From contig CAWDXG010000004.1 in the NCBI GenBank assembly GCA_963806225.1, positions 3,328,001-3,392,000 of the forward strand: a stretch of 64,000 bases of DNA, given 5' to 3'. Source of the stretch: an uncultured delta proteobacterium. Its GTDB lineage: Bacteria; Myxococcota_A; Polyangia; Polyangiales; Polyangiaceae. Below, in pieces: positions 54,880 through 64,000 of the stretch (positions within the stretch are counted from its first letter, which is position 1; each line of letters opens with the position of its first letter). The notes beneath the pieces are model-generated. The model did not search any database and had not been told where the DNA came from. It was given only the letters and a program-made list of their open reading frames with translations. A program made the translations under genes and the position numbers.

Positions 54880-55464
54880 CTACCGGGCGAATCCGTACAA
54901 CGCCGACAGCGCCGCGAAGACCCACAGCACGTAGGTGAACCGCCCCCCGATCGGACGGGTCCACTGCGGCACCCGCGAGAAGGCCTCGCGCCACACGTCG
55001 CGCGACTCGCCGAGCGCGCGGTCGGGCATGAACACCACCTGCGTCCGGATGCGGAACAGCACGCCTTCCGGACGCACCGCGGCGCCCGTCACGTCACCGA
55101 GCGGCCACTCCTGGGCGCGACCGCTCGCGTCCTCGTAGCGCAGCGTTCCGCGCTGCAGCGACACGCGCACCCGCCGCTGGTCCTCCGGCAGCTTCGACAG
55201 CCCGCGGATCTGCAGGGCGCGCTGGCCGAGCAGCAATGCGATCCAGAGCCCGGCGATGACCAGCCCCGAGAGCACGCCGAACAGCGGCCCGGTCTGCTTC
55301 GCGGACATCGCGATGCCGATGTACACGAGACAGAACGCGACCGGCCAGCGCAGCACGTTCAGGCTCGCGCCCGGCACCAGCGTCGCCGCCAGCCCGAGGT
55401 CGCGCGCACCGAAGCACCATTGTGCGCGGAGCTCGGGAAGCGTCGTCGGATCCGCGTCGCTCAT
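54880..55464 (-). CDS. Hypothetical membrane protein
   Basis: Two TMs, a beta-rich middle and a C-terminal TM. Confidence 0.65.
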   Translation of the reverse strand: MSDADPTTLPELRAQWCFGARDLGLAATLVPGASLNVLRWPVAFCLVYIGIAMSAKQTGPLFGVLSGLVIAGLWIALLLGQRALQIRGLSKLPEDQRRVRVSLQRGTLRYEDASGRAQEWPLGDVTGAAVRPEGVLFRIRTQVVFMPDRALGESRDVWREAFSRVPQWTRPIGGRFTYVLWVFAALSALYGFAR

Positions 55465-55546
55465 CGCGGCCGACCGTACTTGAATCGCGCGGACGTGAAC
55501 ATGCGCTTGACCCTTCGCCCCGCCGCTTCAAGCATGAAGCCAGGCG

Positions 55547-56357
55547 ATGCGGGATATCGAAGCGCACTACAGCGACGGCGGCCTTCTGGAACGCATGCTC
55601 CAGGCGCTGGGCGCGCTTTATGGGGATCCCGCGAAGCTGTCGGTCGACGACCTCGCGCCGGTCGACGAGTTCCACACGCGCGGTCGCGTGGCCACGCGCG
55701 AGCTGGCCGAGCTCGGCGGACTCGAGCCGGGCCTGCGCGTGCTCGACGTGGGCAGCGGCCTGGGCGGACCGGCGCGTTTCCTCGCGGCGCATCGCGGCTG
55801 CGACGTGACCGGCGTGGACCTCGTCGCCGAGTTCTGCCAGGTGGCCACCGAGCTGACCCGGCTCACGCGTCTCGAAGACCGGGTGCGCTTCCAACAGGCA
55901 AACGCCCTTTCGCTGCCTTTCCCCGACGCGAGCTTCGACGCCGTGTGGACCCTGCAGGCGCAGATGAACATCGCCGACAAGCGCGGCTTCTATCGCGGAG
56001 ATCGCGCGCGTGCTCGCACCTGGCGGGCATTTCGTGTTCCAGGACATCTGCGCCGGCAACGGCGAGCCGCTCGACTTCCCCGTGCCCTGGGCCACGGAGC
56101 CCTCGCAGAGCCATCTCGTCGCACCGGACGCGCTGCGCGCGCTGTTGGCCGATCTCGGACTCGAAGAGCGCGCCTGGCGCGACGTCTCCAACGCCACCCG
56201 CGCCTGGCGCGCCGCGCACCCCGCCCCCGCCAAGCCGCCAGCGCTCGGCACGCACCTCATCATGGGCGCTCGCGCTCCCGAGAAGCGCAGGAACTCCGCC
56301 GGCAACCTCGACAAGGGCCGCATCGCCTTCGTGCAGGGCGTGTTCGTGCGACCGTGA
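55547..56357 (+). CDS. Class I SAM-dependent methyltransferase, one apparent frameshift near 55997
   Basis: DEFHTRG, VLDVGSGLGGPAR, LPFPDASFD, MNIADK; continues as EIARVLAPGG in the shifted frame. Confidence 0.9.
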
Positions 56358-56526
56358 CCACGCGCCGCCCGGGATCGATCGCGTACTGATCGCCCGGGGG
56401 GTGCCCCGCACGATTCCACAACGCAACACGGGCGGCGTGCTCGCTGTCGCTGCGCGCGCCGGGGTCCCCCAAGGCCGGGCGCAACGCCCGCCCGGGGGCC
56501 CAACGTCCAGTTCCGGACAGACGTGC

Positions 56527-56644
56527 GGTTCCCCCTGAGCGCGCGCAGCCGCGAAGCGGCGAGCACGCGATTTGGGGGAACCCCGCGGAGCGGGCGCGAC
56601 AGCGATGTGTCGAGCGAGGGGGCAATCCCGCGGAGCGGGCGCGA
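56527..56644. repeat. GC-rich structured REP-like segment
   Basis: GGTTCCCCC/GGGGGAACC stem (56527-56582) enclosing GCCGC-GAA-GCGGC; 18-bp direct repeat CCCGCGGAGCGGGCGCGA at 56582 and 56627. Confidence 0.7.
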
Positions 56645-56665
56645 GGGTCGCAGTGGTTGGACGTG

Positions 56666-57761
56666 CACGCGCATTTCCGCTCTCCCGGACGCCCGACGGC
56701 GTCGAAATGCACGCCACACGCGCATTTCCGCTCTCCCGGACGCCCGACGGCGTCGAAATGCACGCCACACGCGCATTTCCGCTCTCCCGGACGCCCGACG
56801 GCGTCGAAATGCACGCCACACGCGCATTTCCGCTCTCCCGGACGCCCGACGGCGTCGAAATGCACGCCACACGCGCATTTCCGCTCTGGACGCCCGACGG
56901 CGTCGAAATGCACGCCACACGCGCATTTCCGCTCTCCCGGACGACCGACGGCGTCGAAATGCACGCCACACGCGCATTTCCGCTCTCCCGGACGACCGAC
57001 GGCGTCGAAATGCACGCCACACGCGCATTTCCGCTCTCCCGGACGACCGACGGCGTCGAAATGCACGCCACACGCGCATTTCCGCTCTCCCGGACGACCG
57101 ACGGCGTCGAAATGCACGCCACACGCGCATTTCCGCTCTCCCGGACGACCGACGGCGTCGAAATGCACGCCACACGCGCATTTCCGCTCTCCCGGACGAC
57201 CGACGGCGTCGAAATGCACGCCACACGCGCATTTCCGCTCTCCCGGACGACCGACGGCGTCGAAATGCACGCCACACGCGCATTTCCGCTCTCCCGGACG
57301 ACCGACGGCGTCGAAATGCACGCCACACGCGCATTTCCGCTCTCCCGGACGACCGACGGCGTCGAAATGCACGCCACACGCGCATTTCCGCTCTCCCGGA
57401 CGACCGACGGCGTCGAAATGCACGCCACACGCGCATTTCCGCTCTCCCGGACGACCGACGGCGTCGAAATGCACGCCACACGCGCATTTCCGCTCTCCCG
57501 GACGACCGACGGCGTCGAAATGCACGCCACACGCGCATTTCCGCTCTCCCGGACGACCGACGGCGTCGAAATGCACGCCACACGCGCATTTCCGCTCTCC
57601 CGGACGCCCGACGGCGTCGAAATGCACGCCACACGCGCATTTCCGCTCTCCCGGACGACCGACGGCGTCGAAATGCACGCCACACGCGCATTTCCGCTCT
57701 CCCGGACGCCCGACGGCGTCGAAATGCACGCCACACGCGCATTTCCGCTCTCCCGGACGCC
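56666..57761. repeat. Tandem array of 21 complete 51-bp units plus a partial unit, no spacers
   Basis: Unit CACGCGCATTTCCGCTCTCCCGGACG(C/A)CCGACGGCGTCGAAATGCACGCCA; unit 5 lacks CCC (48 bp). Confidence 0.98.
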
Positions 57762-57775
57762 GACGAGAACGCGCG

Positions 57776-59077
57776 CTACGCCTTCGCGAGCTGGTCCAGG
57801 GCGCCGACCGTCGCGTCGAAGGGTTCGATCTGGTGGGCGTCCTGCTGGAGGAAGCGGTTGACGGCGGGGAGCGCGGCGATGGCGCGATCGACGGAGGCGT
57901 CGCTGCCAGCGGCGTAGGCGCCGAGCGCGATCAGGTCGCGCTTGTCCTCGTAGGCGCCGATCAGGGCACGCACCTCGCGCGCGGCTGTGCGGTGTTCCGG
58001 GGTCACGACGGCGTCCATCACGCGCGAGAGCGAGACGGGCACGTCGATCGCCGGATAGTGCCCGCGCGCGGCGATGCGGCGATCGAGGACGATGTGGCCG
58101 TCGAGGATGCCGCGCACCTCGTCGGCGATCGGCTCGTCCATGTCGCCGCCCTCGACGAGCACGGTGTAGATGGCGGTGATCGATCCGCGCTCGCCCTGTC
58201 CGCTGCGTTCGAGCAGCCGCGGCAGCATCGCGAACACGCTGGGCGGATAGCCGCGGCGCGCGGGCGGCTCGCCGGCGGCGAGGCCCACCTCGCGCTGTGC
58301 GCGCGCGAAGCGCGTGATGGAGTCGACGAGCAGCATCACGCTCTTGCCCTGATCGCGGAAGTGCTCGGCGACGGCCGTCGCGGTCTGCGCCGCGCGGAGT
58401 CTCTCCAGGGAAGGCGAGTCGCTGGTCGCGACCACGACGACCGAGCGCTTGCGGCCTTCTTCGCCCAGCGAGTGCTCGAGGAAATCGCCGACCTCGCGCC
58501 CGCGCTCGCCGACCAGCGCGACGACGACCACGTCCGCGCTGGTGCCGCGCGCGATGGCGCCGAGCAGCGTGCTCTTGCCGACGCCCGATCCGGCGAACAG
58601 CCCCACGCGCTGCCCGACCCCGACCGTGAGCAGTCCGTCGATGGCGCGCACGCCGGTCGACAGCGGGTCGGCCACGGGACGGCGACCGAGCGCGGGCGGC
58701 GGCGCGCGATCCACCGGCACGCTCGTGAGACCGCGCAGCTCGGGACCGCCGTCGACCACACGCCCGAGGCCGTCGAGCACGCGACCGAGGAGCGACGCTC
58801 CGGCGCCGATGCTGAGCGGCGCACCCGTCGACTCCACCGCGTCGTCCGGCCCGACGCCGGACAGCTCGCCGAGCGGGATGAGCACGGCCTCGCCCTGGTC
58901 GAAACCGACGACCTCGGCGGGCAGCGGCTCGCCGCGGCGTTTGAGCAGGACCACGTCGCCGATGCGCGCTCCGGCCAGCATCGCCCGCACGCTGAGCCCG
59001 GTGACGGCCCGTACGTGGCCGACCGGACGAAGCGCCGGGGTTTCCTGCAGGCTGGATCGGAGCGCGTCGAGATCCAC
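57776..59077 (-). CDS. FliI/SctN (YscN) family export ATPase
   Basis: TGVRAIDGLL, GQRVGLFAGSGVGKSTL, GERGREV, DSITRFARAQRE, GYPPSVF, RGILDGHIVL; flagellar versus T3SS type cannot be settled by eye. Confidence 0.95.
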   Translation of the reverse strand: MDLDALRSSLQETPALRPVGHVRAVTGLSVRAMLAGARIGDVVLLKRRGEPLPAEVVGFDQGEAVLIPLGELSGVGPDDAVESTGAPLSIGAGASLLGRVLDGLGRVVDGGPELRGLTSVPVDRAPPPALGRRPVADPLSTGVRAIDGLLTVGVGQRVGLFAGSGVGKSTLLGAIARGTSADVVVVALVGERGREVGDFLEHSLGEEGRKRSVVVVATSDSPSLERLRAAQTATAVAEHFRDQGKSVMLLVDSITRFARAQREVGLAAGEPPARRGYPPSVFAMLPRLLERSGQGERGSITAIYTVLVEGGDMDEPIADEVRGILDGHIVLDRRIAARGHYPAIDVPVSLSRVMDAVVTPEHRTAAREVRALIGAYEDKRDLIALGAYAAGSDASVDRAIAALPAVNRFLQQDAHQIEPFDATVGALDQLAKA

Positions 59078-59142
59078 GTGGGCGAGGGTAGCGGCGCGCT
59101 GCGCCGGACACCACCGTCCCGGCCAGAAGTTGCCTCCGCGCC

Positions 59143-59766
59143 GTGAACGGTGCCACGCTGCTCGCCGTGCGGATCAAGGGGCTAGCACTCGCAGCCGTTC
59201 TGGCCGCCGCAGGCTGTCATGCCTCGGTGAACGCCAACGTCAAGGCGAGCGGCGGCGCCGAGCAGGAAAGCCTGGACGAGGGCACAGCCGAGCCCGGTAC
59301 CGGCCAGCCGCTGGTGGGAGAGCCCGACGCCGAGAAGCCGTCGGGCCCGACGGCGCTCCTGGGCGCGCGCCACGATCTGCGGCTTGCCGCCAGCGTGACC
59401 CAGCCCACCTGCAGCTGCGTGGCCGCGGCCGTCGGGCTTCCGGACAGTGCCTCGTTCGCGTGGGAAGACAGCAAGCCCGCGCTCGACCCCAGCTCCCAGC
59501 AGGTGGTGGCGCTGCGCTCGGAGGGTATCCCGTGCAGCGCCGAGGTGCCGAAGGACACGCTGGGCGCCTCGTACTGGGGCTACAAGGTCGAGGGCAACGA
59601 CGTGATCGTGATCGTCGAGGACGCGCGCTTCGGTCGCCCCATCACCGCCGGCGCGATCATCCCGAAGCCGCAGCCTGGCGGCCACGTGTACCTCCAGCCG
59701 GCGAGCAAGAAGGTGCCCTACGGGCGGCCGCTCTCCGGCGGCGGAAGCCGCTGCCAGGTGCAATAG
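59143..59766 (+). CDS. Hypothetical lipoprotein
   Basis: Lipobox AAGC; genome-typical codon usage. Confidence 0.8.
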   Translation: MNGATLLAVRIKGLALAAVLAAAGCHASVNANVKASGGAEQESLDEGTAEPGTGQPLVGEPDAEKPSGPTALLGARHDLRLAASVTQPTCSCVAAAVGLPDSASFAWEDSKPALDPSSQQVVALRSEGIPCSAEVPKDTLGASYWGYKVEGNDVIVIVEDARFGRPITAGAIIPKPQPGGHVYLQPASKKVPYGRPLSGGGSRCQVQ

Positions 59767-59768
59767 GA

Positions 59769-59806
59769 TGTAGCAAAATGTCACATAAATGTGACATTTT
59801 GCTACA
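59769..59806. repeat. 38-bp AT-rich perfect palindrome, copy 2
   Basis: TGTAGCAAAATGTCACAT-AA-ATGTGACATTTTGCTACA; fills the gap between two convergent stop codons. Confidence 0.92.
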
Positions 59807-60929
59807 CTAAGCGGGCCCCAGGGCCGCTGCGAGCGCCGCGCGGCGTTCCTGCATGTGCGCACCGAGGTGCGTGACGAGGAACTGTCCGAGCTCCCGCCGC
59901 GGCAGCGGCGAACACACGTCGGCGTACGCAGACTGGATGGCGCGGCGCATCTCCGCCGCGGTCTGGAAGCGCTCGTCGGCGTTGCGCGTCATGGCGCGAT
60001 GGACGATCTGGGCGACCGCACGCGGGGTGTGGGCAGGCAGCGGCCGGATCGTCTCGCCGCGCTTGATCTGCACCAGCACCTCGCCGAGCGATCCCGGATA
60101 CGGCATCTGCCCCGCAACGAGCCGGTACAGGACGACGCCCGCGGACCAGATGTCGGTACGCCGGTCGATGCTGCCACGCAGCACCTGCTCGGGCGCCATG
60201 TAGCTCACCTTGCCCTTGAGCACGCCCGAGCGCGTCTGCTCGCTGAGGCGCTGCGCGGCCCTGGCGACGCCGAAGTCGATCAGCTTCACGTCGCCGTCGG
60301 CACTGATCAGACATGTTCGATGGGGAAATGTCGCGGTGGACGACCTCGAGCGGAACACCGTGAGCGTCACGGAGCTCGTGCGCTGCGTCGAGGCCGAGAC
60401 AGCAGTCGCCCACCACGCGCAGCGCGAACGAGAGCGGCAGGTCCTTCTTGCGCTGTTCCAGCACCTTGAGCAGCGAGGAGAGCGCGTCACCGTCGACCCA
60501 CTCCAGCGCCACGTACGGCAATCCGGTGTCGGTGCCCACGTCGCGGATCGCGACCACGTTGGGGTGCTGGATCTTCGAGAGGAGGCGCGCCTCGTCGAGG
60601 AACATGCTGACGAACGTCTCCTCGCTGGCCAGATGCGACATCAGCACCTTGAGCGCGACGACCTCACGCCGCCCGTCGCGCCGCTGCCGGAACGCGACCC
60701 ACACCGTGGCCATGCCGCCCCGCGCGATCTGCGTGACGAGCTGGTAGCGGCCGACCTGCATGCCGGGCTCCAGCGCCGGCAGCATGGAGGGCGGCGGAGG
60801 CGGCTGGGAGTTGCTGGCCAGCACAACGCGGCGCCAGCGGTACGAGAGCGGCATCGCGCTTTCGCTGGTCGTGTCCCAACGCCTGCGCGAGGGTGGGCGC
60901 GGTCGATCGTTTTCGTCGTCCCCAGACAT
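59807..60929 (-). CDS. Ser/Thr protein kinase, one apparent frameshift near 60311
   Basis: ARGGMATV, VALK, HRDISPSN, then in the shifted frame LIDFG, YMAPEQ, DIWSAG; no TM seen. Confidence 0.9.
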
Positions 60930-61058
60930 CGATTGTGCGCGCCGAGCGGAAACGGCCGGCGACGCTACCAGGATACGCCGGTCCCCTACGGCCGGCGAGC
61001 GGACAGGAAATGTCCGGCCTTGGGAGAACTCCTGCAGACTGGACGCGCGCGCAGTGTT

Positions 61059-61865
61059 ATGAAGGGGCAGATCATGGACCTGTCTGCTTCCGATCATCCG
61101 TTGTTCGCGGCCCTGGCCCAGCGCTCCGCGGCCGCCGAAGAACTCCCCGGCTCCGCCCCGGGCTACGCCCTGTTCCAGGGCGACGCCGTGGAGTGGCTGC
61201 GCACGCTGGGCGATGGGAGCGTGGATCTGGTCATCACCGATCCGCCCTACGAGTCCCTGGAAAAGCACCGGAAGGTCGGCACCACCACGCGGCTCAAGCA
61301 CAGCTTGGCCTCGAGCAACGATTGGTTTTCAGTGTTCCCCAACGCGCGCTTCGGCGAGCTCTTCGCCGAGCTGTACCGCGTGCTGAAGAAGGGCCGTCAC
61401 TTCTACCTGCTGTGCGATCAGGAGACGATGTTCGTCGCCAAGCCGATCGCCGAGCAGGCGGGGTTCAGGTTCTGGAAACCGATCGTGTGGGACAAGCGCA
61501 AGATCGGCATGGGGTATCACTACCGCTCGCGTTACGAGCTCATCCTGTTCTTCGAGAAGGGCAAGCGGAAGCTGAATGACCTGTCGGTGCCGGACATCAT
61601 CGAAGAGCCGCGCATCCGCGGCGGCTACCCCGCGGAAAAGCCCGCGGCGCTGAACGAGGTGCTGATCCGGCAGAGCACGCAGGCGGGCGAGCTCGTCGTC
61701 GATCCGTTCATGGGCTCGGGCTCCGCCGGTGTGGCGGCGGCGCGGCTCGGGCGGAGCTTCCTGGGCAACGATCTCAACCCGGCAGCGCTCGACCTCGCAG
61801 GTCCGCGCCTGGAACAAGCCGGTGCCAGGTCGGCCGAGCGGCTGTATGCTCGCGCCCGACGATGA
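61059..61865 (+). CDS. Beta-class amino (N4-C or N6-A) DNA methyltransferase
   Basis: Motif IV TDPPY precedes YPAEKP and motif I DPFMGSG; start 61059 or 61074. Confidence 0.92.
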   Translation: MKGQIMDLSASDHPLFAALAQRSAAAEELPGSAPGYALFQGDAVEWLRTLGDGSVDLVITDPPYESLEKHRKVGTTTRLKHSLASSNDWFSVFPNARFGELFAELYRVLKKGRHFYLLCDQETMFVAKPIAEQAGFRFWKPIVWDKRKIGMGYHYRSRYELILFFEKGKRKLNDLSVPDIIEEPRIRGGYPAEKPAALNEVLIRQSTQAGELVVDPFMGSGSAGVAAARLGRSFLGNDLNPAALDLAGPRLEQAGARSAERLYARARR

Positions 61866-62341
61866 CCGGCAACGAGTACAAGCACCGGATCGCGCACTAT
61901 CTGCTCAGCGCCTACGCGCGGCGCGGTCTGTCGGTCTACGACGAGGTCACGCTCGGCACGTCGATCATCGGCAAGCGCCGGCGGATCGATCTGTTCTTGC
62001 ACGAGCGGGAGGAAAATCGCGTTCTCGCGCTCGAGTGCAAGTACCAGGACTCCTCCGGCACCGCCGACGAGAAGATCCCGTACGCGCTGGACGACCTGGC
62101 CGCGCTGCGCGTGCCCGGCTGCATCGTGTACGCGGGCACGGGCTTCTCGGCCGGCGTGCTGCACCTGTTGCAGGGCTCGGAGCTCGCAGCGTACTGCATG
62201 CCGGAGGACGACATGAAAACCGTGCCGCGACCACAGACGGGCTCGCTCGACGCGGGAACCTGGCAGCTCGATCACATCCTGGCGGCGACTTTCGGCTGGT
62301 GGGACATCGTGCTCAGCGGCCGGTCGCCGCTACTGCTGTAG
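61862..62341 (+). CDS. Small PD-(D/E)XK nuclease
   Basis: RRIDLFL...ALECKYQDSSGTADEKIPY; ATGA overlap with the methyltransferase. Confidence 0.8.
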   Translation: MTGNEYKHRIAHYLLSAYARRGLSVYDEVTLGTSIIGKRRRIDLFLHEREENRVLALECKYQDSSGTADEKIPYALDDLAALRVPGCIVYAGTGFSAGVLHLLQGSELAAYCMPEDDMKTVPRPQTGSLDAGTWQLDHILAATFGWWDIVLSGRSPLLL

Positions 62342-62400
62342 CGGCCGTCAGAGCGCCGGGCCCGCGGGGAAAGCCCGGGCGCGCCCGCGGGTGATGCGAT

Positions 62401-63786
62401 ATGTTGCCGCGCATGCAGGCACGCCGATGGTTGTGCGTCGCCGCCGGAGCGCTTCTGCTCGCGGCAGGCGGCTGCCACAAGAAGAAGAAGCCCGCGGAGG
62501 CCACGGGCAGCGCCTCGGGAGGTATCCAGCCGCAGGATCTGCAGCTGGACATGTCCGGGGCACCCGAGTCGAAAGCGAACCCGCTCCCCAAGGCCGGGAC
62601 GATGGGGATGACGCTGGACCAGCTGCAGAAGCGCTGGAACGACAAGGCGCAGAAGCACGACACGCAGAAGATCTCCATCTGGCAGCGCCAGCCCATCCCC
62701 GCGTTCCAGGCGTGGCGCGCCGCCACGCCGCTGGGGCGGGGCGTGCAGCTCGAGGTGATCGGCATCGGCAAGGACCAGGTGCAGACGGCCCGGGTGTCCG
62801 CCGAGCCGCTGAGCGATCACAACAAGAAGACGCTGTTCGACGCCTGGGAGACGCTGCGCACGGCCATCACGCCGGACATCTCGCAGGAGCAGCTGTACAA
62901 GGGGCTGGATCTGCTGTCGAAGCCCACCGCCCGCACGCGCTACATGACCGCGGGCGGCTACATCTATCAGCTAAACTACGCGGCGCTCAGGCCCGCACCG
63001 AGGGCGCGCGTCACGCTGACGGTGCTCAGCGCGCAGCCCAAGCCCGATCCGGACAAGCCGTTTTCGATGCTGGTCATGCTCGGCCGCACCACCACCTTCG
63101 GCAGCATGGGCTCGTTCTCGGTCGAGTACTCGCCCGCGAGCCGGGGCAAGACCTTCGAGCAGGCGGCCCAGCTCTGCGACAAGCAGGGGCTCTCGCTCTG
63201 CAGCGACGCGCAGTGGCACCGCGCCTGCTCGCAGCTCGGGGACGTGTCGGGGTTTTCCACATGGACGGCGTCGTTCAACAAGGACCAGACGAAGCTGCAG
63301 ACGCGCGGCGGCGAGAACTGCGACTCGGGCGATGCGGTCGGCGCGAAGGACAAGGATCCGAAGCGCGGCGCGCTGTGCTGCACGCGCAACGTCGCCATGA
63401 CGGGCATGGGCAGCACGGCGATGAAGGGCATGTTCACCCTGCCCGTGCTGGTGTTCGAGCAGGCGCAGAACCACAAGAACTGGACGCAGCTCGCCCAGTC
63501 GCTCGCCGACAAGCTAGGGCATTTCTACGATCTCACCGACGCCAAGCGCGCCGACGCGATCAAGCTCGCCAAGGACAGCGCCCAGGAGCACCCCGACCGC
63601 TGGTCGGAGCACCAGAACTGCGACCTGAAGGGCGGCGACCGGCAGATGCATTTCCTTCTGACGTGCACGGAAAACGTCTTCCAGGGGGATCAAGGCATGG
63701 CGAGGGTGGTGCAGTACGGCGTCAACCAGAGCCACATCGAGCTGGTGCAGCAGATGAAAGTGCTGCGCAAGATGGGGCCGATGTAG
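62401..63786 (+). CDS. Lipoprotein with FGE-sulfatase/C-type-lectin-like segment
   Basis: Lipobox AGGC; TFEQAAQLCDKQGLSLCSDAQWHRAC...WT...RGG..C...LCC. Confidence 0.75.
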   Translation: MLPRMQARRWLCVAAGALLLAAGGCHKKKKPAEATGSASGGIQPQDLQLDMSGAPESKANPLPKAGTMGMTLDQLQKRWNDKAQKHDTQKISIWQRQPIPAFQAWRAATPLGRGVQLEVIGIGKDQVQTARVSAEPLSDHNKKTLFDAWETLRTAITPDISQEQLYKGLDLLSKPTARTRYMTAGGYIYQLNYAALRPAPRARVTLTVLSAQPKPDPDKPFSMLVMLGRTTTFGSMGSFSVEYSPASRGKTFEQAAQLCDKQGLSLCSDAQWHRACSQLGDVSGFSTWTASFNKDQTKLQTRGGENCDSGDAVGAKDKDPKRGALCCTRNVAMTGMGSTAMKGMFTLPVLVFEQAQNHKNWTQLAQSLADKLGHFYDLTDAKRADAIKLAKDSAQEHPDRWSEHQNCDLKGGDRQMHFLLTCTENVFQGDQGMARVVQYGVNQSHIELVQQMKVLRKMGPM

Positions 63787-64000
63787 CGGTCGGCGGGAAA
63801 GGGACGCCCGGGGCGCGCCGCGCGCGGCGCTGGCCGACGTGGCCCGCAGGACACGTGCTACGCCTGAAGCGTCGGGGGGGCGCGGCAAGGCCCGTTGGCG
63901 TCGTTGCCGACGATTGGAGGTGAGTCACCTGGGAGTGAGGTTCTGACCTCGACGCGAGTTCGGCGAGGACGAGCCGGATGACGCGTAGCTATCCCGTCCT

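Noticed and set aside
56666..57761. CRISPR array
   Set aside because: Units abut directly with no unique spacers, and there are no cas genes in the window
55094..59177. Long ORFs crossing the array (882, 1104, 489, 464, 429 and 829 aa)
   Set aside because: They exist because the 51-bp unit has no stop in any frame; outside the array they are antisense or off-frame shadows of real genes, so none is called as a CDS
59182..59208. CTAGCACTC resembling a CIRCE half-site
   Set aside because: No matching second arm, and it lies inside a CDS far from dnaJ
63787..64000. Short palindromes at the window end (GGTGAGTCACC, GAGGT-TCTG-ACCTC) as an ncRNA
   Set aside because: Too short, truncated by the window edge, and no recognisable RNA family

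Overview
High-GC (roughly 70% by eye) bacterial chromosomal window whose gene content points to Myxococcota, probably Polyangiales/Polyangiaceae: a MYXO-CTERM protein, many Cys-rich lipoproteins, PEGA proteins, ECF sigma/anti-sigma modules, Ser/Thr kinases and an AgmX/PglI-type domain. It mixes housekeeping genes (rpoH-like, rsmI, ffh, thiO, purM, purN, rsmD, truA, trpE, dnaJ) with signalling genes (three PAS histidine kinases, two ECF modules, a kinase and a pseudokinase). I saw no rRNA, tRNA, transposase, integrase or CRISPR array. About nine apparent single-base insertions break otherwise intact genes, which suggests sequencing or assembly error. The most unusual items are: (1) a 1.1-kb spacerless array of 21 near-identical 51-bp hairpin-forming units, with a structured GC-rich flank, directly behind an orphan FliI/SctN ATPase; (2) a 38-bp AT-rich palindrome present twice, 42 kb apart, built from four helically phased TG-N3-CA boxes; (3) two separate serpin remnants, one with a sigma54 promoter and a (CACGA)4 tract at a frame break; (4) a SEC-C protein with a C-terminal RelE-like domain; (5) two ECF/anti-sigma/exported-protein modules with no TonB-dependent receptor; (6) a compact DNA methyltransferase plus PD-(D/E)XK nuclease pair. 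All family assignments are by motif recognition only; no searches were run.
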